NCBI GenBank assembly: GCA_040954595.2
Contig: CM082585.2
Location: 4,427,358 to 4,491,357, forward strand
DNA from: Balanoglossus misakiensis
Lineage: Eukaryota > Animalia > Hemichordata
Direction: 5' to 3'
Length of the DNA stretch: 64,000 bases
In this document: in pieces, positions 24,785-37,915 of the stretch
Numbering within the stretch: the first letter of the stretch is position 1
How the letters are laid out: every line of letters starts with the position of its first letter
Translations under genes and position numbers: made by a program
The notes under the pieces: generated by a model
What the model was told of the DNA's origin: nothing
The model's input: only the letters and a program-made list of their open reading frames with translations
The model's database searches: none

Positions 24785-27700
24785 GTTGTCTATCGCGAGG
24801 TTCCAACAGGTGGCATCTCAAAGAAATGTTTATTCGCACGAGACATGCAAAGTTACTTCTCAGAGCCAGTTTTTCCAACTGCACTGCGGGGTTCGACTGC
24901 TTGGCCAAAGCTTATCAACTGTGGATAATCTATCCATGGCAAAGTTGCCTGGCAACCAAATGTAATCACAAATGTCACTTGCATAAATTAAAACAGCGAC
25001 CAGGGGCTGCCGTAATACTATATCAAGCGCATCTTTTAATTTGCTTTATGGAGTCACTCAGGCGAGCTGAGGGAAATCTTACTTAATTAAAATGCCTTCG
25101 ATGCGGTTCAACAAATATACGATGTCGATTAAAGAACACATTTGGCTATTTTCAGGCGTTTTCTTGTCTGTTTGTCACATCGTTAAGTGTGGACATATCA
25201 CAAAATGTTGTGGTATGTACAAGGAAACAAGTATTTATTTACAAAAATACATGGGGCATTTTCGTTGTGTTGTATACAACCTTGATATTTTGTTTGGCTT
25301 ATATGGATTATCGATTAACTTTAACACATTTTATATCATCATTTGCGCAATTCGGCGTTCTTTAAAGCCATAAGTTGTATTGATAAAAATAAACATTGGT
25401 CTGTACGTTCTTGTCTCCGCAGGTCAAACAGTTTTCAAATCATCTCCCAACTTGCTGTAATGAATTTCTCGGAAGAACACTGCTCAATATTCAGACGATA
25501 TACACAAGATGCATACTTTAACTTTCATAAGATATGCGCAGACATCCGTCGTAAATAAAGCATTCGTTTCCAGGAGAAAAAAACAGATTTACATCAAGTA
25601 AGCTGGCAACGTACGCGTGCTTACAGAAGATTATCCCTGTAGTGAAAATCGAAAACAAGGCAGTTGCGTTGCGACACCGTGTGTGTGTGAGTGCCTGTCT
25701 TTCACCTATCTCGCTGATGGTGTAATAGTGGGGAACTACTAGAATCAATCAAATAATTTTTAGTCAGAAAAAATATTATGCAAATGCTAGAATGAACATT
25801 TATGACCGGGAAATGTGAGTGTTAACGAGTGCAGAACAAACTGATCCCGCGTCTTTGAGTTTCTTTTGGCCAGAGTTGCATCAATTCAGCAAGGCTCTCA
25901 GCCATGTCCACAACATTAGGTGTTGTTAATTGTTTAAATTAATAGTAAGTTTTTGGGATTGTGAGGTGCATACATTATACATATCGAATGAGCTTCCCTT
26001 GGATATTAGATATACTACTACCACTTAACATACCTCCTTCAAATTGACAAAGCAACACTTTTCATTAATTATATAAAGGCTAGAAATTGAGTCACGGCGA
26101 AGATACTTTCTGGCGTTAGGCCAAATTAGAGCAAGTTTCTTGTTTGCTTCAAGAAATATATTGTCAAAAGTATGCTGCAACAGTTCTGCGATAAAACGCT
26201 ACCATCACAAACCATATAAATCATTAGATATTCACGCCAAGCTTGGAGAGTGTAGTACCAAGATCCGCGGTTGACAAAATTGAATTTGTTATATAATTGT
26301 CTACAGTCTACGTAATGCTTCTATAGTGCCGACAGCGTCCAGACAACTTACAAAAGGCCCACAACCCACAACCAGTTCAATCAACGCTGAATGTCACAAC
26401 GCGCGTGGTGGAGAGAGTAGGAAGTCGTTTAAAGTTTAAACACGCACATTCAACGAGATTAGTCTCAGCTTGTCATGTGTCATCATATCACCATAACCCG
26501 CATTTGCGGCAATGATTTATCAGAATTAATTTTTAAACTAAATCCTGTTTTTCTGTCTGAGCTGCAATTGTTATGTCGTACTCAGCGGAATCGCCCACTC
26601 GTGGTCTTTTCAATGGTTGTTCTCACCCCCTTTCCATGTTGTTCAAAATCACACGATCATCACTTTCAATCACAGAAAACCTTCGGGTACAACAAGACTG
26701 TCTGTTGTATGTTTTCAACTTTCAAAATAACAAGTCTTCAAAACTTTGGTTCAAACATCGTATGCGCACGGGTGTTCCTCATGACAGGCGCTACAGAACA
26801 TAGACAGACAACACATATAGTTTTTTTTCATTACACACACAGCATACAACAACGTTAAATCTGTGAAAGAAAATTTAAACTTCTTCAAAACGGTCTGTCA
26901 TTTTTCATTGTAATTTGTATGAAGGTTCCTGTATATGAAGTAAGAGTTTATAGTGTTCGACATGTTTTATCACACATTTTTTCTTGAAATAGTTGTTAAA
27001 CCGAAGTATTATATAGTCCAATGATATAAAGTGCAATTCTAAAGTTACTGTGTCATCAGAATTTGCAGTGCCGGAAGTCTTTGTTTTGCGTATAAAATTT
27101 ACTTGTTCGGAAAAAAAACTTGTAAACGTGTGAGCGTCACCCTGCACAACCGATGGTAGATTTAATAAAACAACATGAAACTTGTATACACCATCGGCAC
27201 CAACAGATTTCTAAAATATAGAATAGCTTTAGACGTAGTATGCCACTCCCTATGAATAATGCAGCAAACTTGGACGAAATCTGAACTTGCTGTTAATTGG
27301 ATACGTCGGTTCCTTTGGCGATGCAGATTTATCACAAATTCAGACTTAATCTGTTCTTGTTGACAAAATAAACTAAAAGTATTAGTAAATAGTATTTACT
27401 GGCAATCTAAATGTCGCGTATATCCTGAGGCTTTCCTGACAACAGATAGAACTAATTATTGACTAAAGGATTTATTCTGCTGATAATGCCATTTATATGT
27501 TCAGCGTTACCCATGGGATTCCTAAGAAGTCTGCACTTGACGGAAACTGAATCACACGGGTAATACATGTAAAGGTTATTAGTTGAGACACTGTTATCAA
27601 TTCCAGTTAATCCAACATGCTTGGGATTAGCTTTCTGAAGAATAATACGACAAGCTTCAAATCTTAATAAGATTTTCCAAAATCTGACAGGCGGGTCACT

Positions 27701-27922
27701 TGCACGATTTACGTCTTTGGAAATCAACGTTGAATAATCTGTCCGAGATCAACAGTAAGCCGGATAGTCCTGTGATACATTGTTTCAGGCCCGACATAGT
27801 CCATGAGCTGTCTCTGATGAAAGAGAAGAAACCTGAAAGTGGGAAGAGTGTGAAACCATATTTTCGTTAGTCATATACAAAATATTGGTATTGACAAATG
27901 CCTGTCACAGAAAATGTAGTGA

Positions 27923-28276
27923 ATACATACATACATACATACATACATACATACATACATACATACATACATACATACATACATACATACATACATACAT
28001 ACATACATACATACATACATACATACATACATACATACATACATACATACATACATACATACATACATACATACATACATACATACATACATACATACAT
28101 GAATGAATGAATGAATGAATGAATGAATGAATGAATGAATGAATGAATGAATGAATGAATGAATGAATGAATGAATGAATGAATGAATGAATGAATGAAT
28201 GAATGAATGAATGAATGAATGAATGAATGAATGAATGAATGAATGAATGAATGAATGAATGAATGAATGAATGAAT
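27923..28276. repeat. Compound (ATAC)~44(GAAT)~44 microsatellite
   Basis: Read directly. Confidence 0.98.
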
Positions 28277-28807
28277 ATAGTGGACAGCGGAGATGAAACA
28301 ATCTCTACAGCACGGACCGTGGTTGGAGTTAAGTAAATGTAGTTTGTGTTAGTTCGGCCTTCTGGTGGATGGCAAGGCTGGTTTTGTCATGTGTAAAATT
28401 CGCGGTTGTTTGGTTTCAGCCAAATGTAGTGTTGTTTATTTAATATGCTGTCATTCATTCTTTATAAGTTGCCTTATGTATGCTACGATGAACTTGGATC
28501 AAATGTTCCACCCTCGTTTTGTTCTCTGTGGGCGTAAAGGCAATCAATTATGTCGTCTAAATAATTTATTAGTAGAAAATGAATCGACTCGTCGTACATT
28601 ATTACCGCCGGTCGTAAAAAGATAGTATGCATTTTGAATATCAAAAACCGCCGAGAGAGCCACAATGTCAAAAAATTACCAATTCTGAATGGCCGCCAAT
28701 CTCTGTGTTAACGGACACGGACAAAAATGTTTGATTTTCTTATGAAAACAGGATGGTGAACACTCTGCTTTGGGCGTAACAAAAGAACCAGGTGTAGGTA
28801 AAGAATA

Positions 28808-28936
28808 ATAGAATCTCACACTCCCGAGGACCTGGGATCATATTTCTCACACGAGTTTGCGGCGAGTGTGGGACAAAAAATATCCCTGACGAGCGTGAGA
28901 AATAAGATGCCAGGCCTTTGATGTGTCAGATTCTAT
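28808..28936. repeat. Degenerate palindromic element
   Basis: atagaatctcaca...tatttctcac / gtgagaaata...tgtcagattctat; inner stem around CGAGTTTGCGGCGAG. Confidence 0.6.
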
Positions 28937-30622
28937 TTCTCACAGAACAATAAATAGCCACATTCGCATTAGAAACGTTGAATAATTGACTGTAAATGTC
29001 GTCTCGTACGTTGTAGTTTCTATCCATATTACACTTTGCGCCATTGGGTAACATTTAGCGCGCGTTAATTACAAAACGTTTGAATCCAATCAGCACTCGT
29101 GTCATATAGAGCTCGAGCGTGGGATCGACACTCCCAGCGGCCAGGGGTTTTGGAATTGTTGTTTTTCGTAGTATGTAAACACAAATAAATTAGTTTTAGA
29201 GTTTTTTTCATTGGCCACTGTAGTCTCCTCAAATGATGGGCGAATCTCCTGAAAATTGGGGCTAATTACCCTGATCACACAGTGTCTGGCTAGCTAGTTG
29301 CAATAGTTTGCTTTAACGTGTACGCCTGAAAATGAATTATATTTTATCGGACATGAACATTTCAGAAATCAGTACATAACGCTGTGGGGATGACACTTTG
29401 CGGCCATCCAAGTTTCCCTTTGAAAAAAAAAGTCACTTGTTCTGCGGTCTGTGTAAGAAGTGGTCAATTTTATGTCTGCACGAGCTTATATATTTTCTAT
29501 TCTGCACACCCCAAAGGAACTGCCCTGATATCTCCAAGCTAAAGCCCATTAAAATGCATGTTTTGTGTCGACGGAAGTGTGCGGGATTAGGAAGTTTCTT
29601 GTGGGTTTAGGAAGCCGACAGCTGGGCTGATTCCCAATATTATTAAAGTTCCATTAGCTGTAACTGTTGGCGATATTTTCAGTGTTAAAGTTCAATGTTA
29701 CGAATAGCTGCAATTTCTTTGTTGATCCCCTGAAGCATGAACAATCAACATTATGTACCGTACAGCCAGCATTTTAGTTGAAGAAACTTTAATTCAAGTC
29801 TGGACTGGAACTCGTTTAAGTATAACACTTGGTTGTTACACTTAATTGGACATTTTAAACAAGCAGTCAATACTGGATAGCTGATCATGCTGTATAGCGA
29901 ATAGAAGAAATTGTACAAAAATGATGGGGGAAACAGCCCAAAGTTATGTTACAGATATTCGGTTAATGGGATCTTGAGTGTGGCTCAATGAGATTGACAT
30001 GCAAAATTACTAAAGGACCAGTGGCAGTGTAGCATGATCTAAACATCAAGCTTTGATCATCATAGAAGCATTGTGCTTTCCATGATGATCTTTGCCTGTT
30101 TTATATGTAATATCGCAAACATATTGTCAGGACAAGTCTAACAGTTGCCACACAGTGGCCTTATGGTATATGTATATAAGTAAACTAATGGTAACTTCAA
30201 ACAAACAATGACCTAACCATATTATGATGTTGAAACACACGATTTAATTCACATTCCCTAAAAAAATGGGGAATAATTACTGAGAACAAAGCCAAACAAT
30301 ATTCTATATTTGTATCATGGAAATTTAACAGCATGTACTAGTAGTAAAATTTGCCAAATGTTGCATCATAGGTCCTCAATCTTTGATATCATATGGCATC
30401 TTAACAGTCACAATGCCACACATACTTTCTTTCAAAACCAGTTAATCAATGTATCGACTGTTCGAAAACCATAATATAGAAGTTACACACAAAGTTCAGT
30501 GTTAGGTGCTTTGGAGGCTGGCTGGCAGAATTGGCGGTTTATATGCAAGGACACAATTCTTTGAGTGTTAGTGGTATATGACATCTAATGAAATGTTACA
30601 ATCAGCTCAACATTAATCCACG

Positions 30623-33600
30623 TTATTCACATACATAGACTTCAACTCTCATTGCCATCATATTTTGCCAGGTCTGAGGGTAAAACCGAACATACTGAGA
30701 CACGAAGGAGTCATCCATTAAATCATGGTAGACGACTGTAGTCATATCAGTATTCCCTACAAACACCTGAAACGATATATATATACAGATTATTTCATTA
30801 TCATTCCTTCAAATCATATGTTATGGTTTAGATTCATATTCTATTATGTTTAGATTTGTGTGAGCGCAGAAGTCCTAGGCTAAGTGAGACCATGACAGAC
30901 TGTTTCTACTCTAAGAGGATCACAAATGTGCATTTAAATAGGGTAAAGTTCTGTAAAACTTATTCAGTAATACATCCTTAGTTATCTGAGCATTATTCTT
31001 AACAAATACTTAAAATCTACCTTCAGGAGACCGTCACGGCCAAGGATATATTTCCAAACACCATTGTCATCATAAGCCAACACGAATGTTGTCACCCACT
31101 CGCTATATTCTCCCCGTCCCTAGATTTAATAAGAAATGTTATTAACTTTAATCAATTGTCTGAAGTTAGTGGTGGACATGCCACCCACTGAAAATGGGTA
31201 ATTGCATGGCTATTTCAATGTTAAATGGTGACAGTTGTTATATTTGCATTGACAATATACCTGTGTGCCCATTCACCAGGTTAGTGTATAATGAGAGTCT
31301 TATGGTGATATGTTGGGAACTTGTCGACAACCTACACCCTCCCAACCTAAACCTTCGCCCCTGTTCCCGCTATTCAGGTCCAATTCACCATAGGACATGA
31401 TGGATTTGGATCAAACCATGATGATGAAAGGGTTAAAAGATTAGCACTTACCTGTATTGCAACCCCAACCACCTCTCTAATGCTACCGAGGTTTATCTGT
31501 AACCACTGTCCTGCCGCGTTGTACTTCGAAACCCATCCCGATGCTCTGCCAGGTTTGATGTAGTTCAGCCTTGCCTGATATGACATTATAATAGCTTGGT
31601 GGTTACTGCTTGCTGTGATCTGCGAGTCTAGAATCTCGCCACTCTCCATACCAGCAGCAACAGTGTTACCGCAAGGCACTAGAATAAAGTAATTCATACA
31701 CTAAACTCAACATTATTCCATATATTTTGATGGGGTGTTATTGGATATTTTTGATTAACATGTACACAACTGGTTGGATTAGTTTGCCATTTTGAATTTT
31801 ACTTGATACTATAATTGTATACTATTGAATTTGCTCACTGTAACTCTTGATTATACTATAAACACAAAAAGGGCGAACTTTGTAAATTAGATTGAATGAT
31901 AAATGATGTCATACCAACACCAGGATTGATGTTAAGCCACTCAGGGGTCACGAAAGTTGGTTATTGTCTTAATACTCACCAAATGATTTTTCACAAATTA
32001 ATCCCAGGCGTTTTCTGCAGTCCACAGGTTGCCATTGACCGTTGTTATCAGCAGACATTACAGCACAATCTGTGATGCCTTCTGTATCTGGCATGGTGCC
32101 AGTTTGTCCAGGTCGTTCGGTTGAGACCCAGTTTTTATATGACACCTGGTGTGGAATAGATATCACTGTTATAATTGATATTGAAAGGATACTTGGCCCT
32201 CTATGGCAGCAATGAACATTTCCTCGTTCATGCCAGGTATTATTTTTGTCTGAGAAAGTGTTGATGTTTGTTTGTTTGTTTGTTTGTTTGTTTGTTTGTT
32301 TGTTTGTTTGTTTGTTTGTTTGTTTTTAGGGGGGTTGCATCAAGGTAACTTGTGAGGTTCACACAGGTACATGTCTCTTGAAATTCCGAAAAGGACTTTC
32401 ACCTAAAACTGACCATTTTCTCCTGGTCGTTGCCTTATCTTTTGGGGGGAAAGACTTGACCAGAAACAGTTATTTTAATATTTTGGCCTTTAATACGGGG
32501 TAATGCAGAACCAATTATTTTTGCATCATGGATGTGTTAGGTAATACACTTGAAACAATATGTCTTTGGCTGTATATTTATATACTAAACAAGCCAGAAA
32601 AATACACGAGAATATTGAATTCAGCTAAATTCCAAGTATAATAGTTTGTCTAGAAGTTTGTTACCTGACTTCCATCTTCCCACCTCCAGTCTCCTTCATT
32701 ATCGATGTCATTCAAACCTATCCATAGACCAAAAGTACCACGTGTAAACCCTGTGGTGAAAAACAAAAGCAAATTAACTCAGTTCCAACAGGTACTGGTA
32801 AATGTTATGCTTTCTGGTTGAATTCGTTCTGATTGGTGACATTGGCACATTACAAGTGACAGTATTAAAGGTATACAGCCACCTCTTCATGGTACATATG
32901 CCCATATATGGTGAAAGAGACGTGTAGGAATGACCATGCGATGGCCTCTTGTTGAGCGTCTGACACATACTGAAAATCTGTGATTGGCCAATTTTGAATT
33001 TTTCATCGTAACAGTGGTTAAATAGGTTTGCTGTTAAGATGAAAAATTCCTTCTTGAATGTGCTCAGACCAGGGTTTTCATCACACTTATCTTGTTATGA
33101 ACATAACAGTATTCTAAGTACCGAGTTTCTATATTATTATGGAATATTTTCAAATCGCTATTTAGGGACCGTTCAGTTTTTACGGCTGGGGGGGGGGGGG
33201 CGGCAAGTTTGAGTCATCGGTTTTCAAAATCAGGCCGACCCCCCCCCCTTCACTCAGCACCAAAAAATGATGACCCCCCCTTTGACAGACCCAAAAATAT
33301 GATGACCCCCCCCCCCAACGCCGAAAACATTCGCCGTCCTGATCCTAAGTACACTGTATCCAATAAAGGGAATGAGGCTCCTCACACCTCAATTATAAAT
33401 GTCTTAAAAGTAATTGAAGTATATAATAGTATATCGTTGCAATAATGAAATCTATGAACAAAGTAAAATGACAAGTCAATACAATAGTTCCTAGAATTGG
33501 TAAAACAAGAAAAGTGGCGGGGGTGTGCCCCTCCCACATAAGAAAATTTTGTAAAATATGTAACTCAAAGTTGCATTTTTATGAACTCAAAAGCAAATTA

Positions 33601-34430
33601 TCTCAATGTTTGGAAGGACCAATTTTACTCAAAGTTAGAAGATTTGGCGTCATCTTCGTCATGACATCATTTATAACACTTCTAGTATATAGAAGATGCA
33701 GCGCGAAAGTATCAGTTTTGCGAAATGGTTTAAACGATTATTCTCCTTTATGTATTTACTTTGTTAAATATTAACATCAGTGGGTTTGGGGTGGAAAGCA
33801 CTCTGCCCTGGTACACTAGACAAACCAGCAAAAAACGAAATGTGACGGAGAATGAAGGGGGTGGGTGTGTCATTGTCATTGGGTGAGAAAATTTTGTAAA
33901 CTAAAGGGCGCGAAACTGCAATTTTGTGGACTCAAAAGTAAAAGTTCGGTGGCAAAAATATGTGACCCCCCCCTAAACGTTTAAAAAAAACATATGACCC
34001 CCCCCCCCTTTTGGACTTCAAAATTTAAGTGACCCCCCCCCCCCTCTGGATTTTGCCGCCCCCCCCCCCCGGCCGTAAAAACTGAACGGTCCCTTACCTT
34101 GCAGAAACAAATTTTCCTCACTGTCGTTTATTGTGGCTAGAATACCACCTTTGCCTGTGCACACAGTCCTGGCTTCTTTATACGTGTACACTTGGGATTG
34201 GTAGGCATAGTAACAACCTTCCTTAAAGTTCTCCCATTGTGGGTCACATGCTTGAAGAAAAAGAACACAAAGTCATCATTTTTAATTCAACAAAAATGTG
34301 GCGAGAGTGAGCAAAATGAATGGAAACTTCACAGCTTTCTTGGCAACAACACGAAAGTACTAGAAATACCTTTAATCGTTTGATTGATAAAAACGACGAG
34401 TATGATTATCACAGGTAGTTTCATTGCCAT
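30623..34430 (-). CDS. Secreted C-type lectin + F5/8 type C (discoidin) protein, paralog B copy 1 (~311 aa)
   Basis: Exons 34370-34430 (signal peptide MAMKLPVIIILVVFINQTIK), 34098-34250, 32665-32750 (LWIGLND), 31980-32145, 31452-31678 (ITASS...ARLN...QWLQINLG), 31021-31119 and 30623-30766 (RFYPQTW...MRVEVYVCE*). GT-AG introns, open frame. Confidence 0.92.
32266..32326. repeat. (TTTG)n microsatellite, shorter in the B2 paralog near 48050
   Basis: Read directly. Confidence 0.95.
33165..34093. mobile_element. Non-autonomous TIR element, 929 bp, TTA TSD (PIF/Harbinger-like)
   Basis: 22-bp perfect TIR GGGACCGTTCAGTTTTTACGGC followed by G/C runs. TTA at 33162-64 and 34094-96. Absent from the paralogous site near 48908. 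Confidence 0.9.
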
Positions 34431-34916
34431 CAAATATACACCATCTGAATATGTAGCCAGAGGAACAGTTTGTCTTAAACAAAGAAAGGATAATGCTAGA
34501 GATGTCACCAACAATAAGTGTACTCAAATTTGTCTGTGTTTTGGAGCTTGATCGTAGCGAAACAAGTATCTCCCACGCCTGTTCACATTTGAGAACATTT
34601 AATTTCAAATAGCCAACAGTTACAGCAATACCCTTTTAGTATCCTGCCTTATACAATTTAAAACCATATTAAGTTACATCATCATTGTGTTAACACTTAT
34701 TAAGCATTCTTGAAGTCATAGCGACTTAAACGCTGAGTGTGAAATACGTTATTTGACATACGACATCGGAACTGTGCACTATACCATCCTCAAGACCATC
34801 TATCATATGTATACGAAAAATATGATTTAATTCCACTTGGTCAATATTTGCTGTCTTTCTTTTTATCATTTGGGAATGCTGCTCTCTGCATGCGTGTAAT
34901 GATATACTCACCTTAC

Positions 34917-35600
34917 CTGAAGGCAAACGATTTGTTGTATTCACATGAGTCCTAGGGGTGAAATGCAAGACTAATTAAACTCAAAACAGTCACTAATCCT
35001 TATCCTGTACAGCCCCTCTGGTTATATAAAGAAAGACATTTGATATGCTTCATTCAATACCCACAGCCCTACCATCAATAGGTAGAATTGTATTCAAGAG
35101 AAACATAATCTGCTCTTTTTCAAATACATTTCCTATGCCTATCGGTATTATTTTCTGCCGAGTCAAATAACAATGGACAATGTTTTACCAACTTTCAAAT
35201 GGTAACTGACATGAACAAGATTCGAACTACCCGGTACTTACTAATAAGATTTTGAAAATAGTTTACATCTCACTTTTCCACTTGATTATTTTTGTATTTA
35301 CAAATGGAAGTCTAATATTTGTACCGAAAAACAAGTTTTTTGCATGAGACAGCTTCCATATCCCCGAGGGTAAACTTTCTTTTCAACTTAAAAATTCAAA
35401 TTCCAGACACCCGGGCCCTCGTTCATCTTTCAAACGCTATCCAAAGTACTTCAAAATGTTTATAGAAAAATAACAGGCAAGAAAAATAGTTATGCTACTT
35501 ACAACACCTATCGTCAGTTCCCAAGAATGAACGACCGCTCACTAATCCGGATGCGTCCGATCACTCTTGCTTCTAGTAGTATCAATCCGCGATACAAAGT
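34917..35600 (-). other. Putative non-coding 5' exons of paralog B (34917-34951 and one ending at 35503)
   Basis: The signal-peptide exon has an acceptor at 34444, so an upstream exon is expected. Candidate sites: cccctAG acceptor and GTAAGG, GTGAGT and GTAAGT donors. No coding frame. Confidence 0.4.
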
Positions 35601-36570
35601 TAAAATTTGACAGTTAACCATGTGGCTGGCATTAAGGCGCGGATTTCATTTGGAACGAAACACTTCATGTTGTATCGTCTGTACACGAGGCAAATGAAGA
35701 CGCTTGAAAAGTCTTTGATCCTGTTTGCAAATTGGCAAAATGAAAGGAACTACTTTTTTTGAAAATGATTGATTTTCGCCAAATATAAAGATGCCGGTTT
35801 TAATTTTGAGATTAAAGCAATAATTTAATTATATGCGATAACGTACACTTGTACCAACTTAATCACATAATCAGAACCACTCAACATACCATGAGGCCAT
35901 TACACGGGCTGTAGGATAAATTTTAAATAATCATGTTCATTTTCATTTGCTTTACAGGTGCTCATGTACACTTGACTTCTTTTGTTTCCGAAGTGGACGG
36001 ATGTCTGTAATCGGGATTTGAAGACTTCAATTTGATTGGCTGAATGTTGTAAACAAGGTATGAATATATAATGACGAACTACTTTATTCTGCGTAAGTAA
36101 GACGCGCATGTCATTACCTGTTTGTGCGTCCTACATGTAAATCCATATATGCTGTGTTTGGTTTAACCTGAATCTGCTGTAAAATTGTAAGTATCTATAA
36201 CAAATGGCTTCCCTCTTTCGTATTTACTTTCTATGTCAAGCGTCGTGTTCCAGAATAGCCATTCTATTTAGTATGTAAATGTCCCTAGACTCGGTAAGCT
36301 ACAACTTGTTAGAGTTTTATATAGTTGACGAAGATTTTAGGAGCTAGTTTGTTAACATTGCCAGTTCGCATTCTGTCGGGAGATTCATTGACAGTTAGTA
36401 CGTGCTATGTGCGCAAGAGACAGCGCAATGGAATTGCTCAAAGGGGTCAGGATTTCTGTTTATTTTCAGCGGCTGTGAGGTGTTTATTTCGATGTACTGG
36501 TATGTTTATGTTGGCAATTTGCTGCTGTTCATATCCCTTATTTATCTCTATAGCATCATATCATTATCAG

Positions 36571-36968
36571 GGATTATATTACCATGGCCTGTGTGTCGCA
36601 TTTTAATTGGTCGAGATGAATGACGTCACTGACTGCAAATACTGCAGTAATGGTTTGTTTACATGCCCGTAAATCTGAATAGTAATATTAGCAAACAGTT
36701 CAGTGAATACAACATTTTGCGTAACTCAAGTTCCGGGGCTCCTAGTGGGACATTTTCGTAAATTTTGACGGTTTTCGTGAGTTCGTTGGTAATATTATGG
36801 AAATAACCGACTCCGCCCTGGCCATTAACGTGTGTTTATGGGCGTGGGCTCGAGGAACGCCCAAATTCATGGGCTCCGAAGCCTCGCTCATGAATTTTTG
36901 GCTTTCCCCTCGCCCTTGCCCAGAAACAAACGTTAATGGTCAGAGCGTCGTCCATTATTGCTAAATTA
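36571..36968 (+). repeat. Hairpin repeat family H, full-length (~400 bp, no TIR or TSD seen)
   Basis: The right third is a long inverted repeat: ccattaacg...aaattcatggg / catgaattttt...cgttaatgg. Confidence 0.85.
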
Positions 36969-37915
36969 AGTTTCCTGGTGGCCAATGGCACAAAGCTTTT
37001 GTTGAACCTCAGCTTAGAACACTTGAGGCAATGATATCTACGACCTGAGGGTAACATAATGTTTCAAAGCCTGAATACAATGGATGGTTTACATCAGCAG
37101 TGTTCGCACAAGCTTTTCTCAGTGTTGCATTATCCGCAAGCTCTAAGAGAACCGGTGTGGGTCTCCCAATAGTCTAAGATGCTGTGTGAGAAATTTTCAA
37201 CAGCTTGTTGGGGTTAACGGTGGATGGCAAAATGGCATAATTGGCATATCTGAGTGTTCTACAGTATGTACGGTGGCACTCTTTTTTTCACGTGTGCCAC
37301 CCACTGCATTTATTACAGCCATGAGTGGATCGGCCATTGTGTCTTATGTTTCTCAGTCAACATTCATGCCCCTCCGACGAACTATAAAAAACATGACACA
37401 ATAAGATTATGTTTCAAAACCCTCCTCTCGTGAGAAGGGAACCCCCTCTCACACCCCTCCATGCACTTTTCACTCCATTTATTCTCTGTAATGACACAAT
37501 GACACAAACCCTGTTTCGTTCATGTGTACATACTGATCTTAGGGAGCATGCAGTTAATACAGCCAGGAGGGGTCGGAAGTACCGTATTGCATCGTTTCTC
37601 ACTTAAAATTATTGCCCCTTCAAAAAGAAAATGACGAACCCTTGAACGTGCCATAGTGAGATTACATTTCAAAACCTTCCTATCGTGGAAGAGGAAAACC
37701 TCTCCCACACCAATCTACTCTAGCTGTTCTCATCCCCTTCATTTCCTATAATGAGTGCTAGCATGAAATGAACCCTATCTTCTTAAATATAAATGTAATA
37801 TAGAGATGGGAAGAGGGGGGGGGGCTGAGAAAAAGATATTTTTAGCGAGAGATAAGGGGAGAGAAAAAGAGAGACAGAGACATATGTGTTCCTGTGACAG
37901 AGAGAGCATAATACT

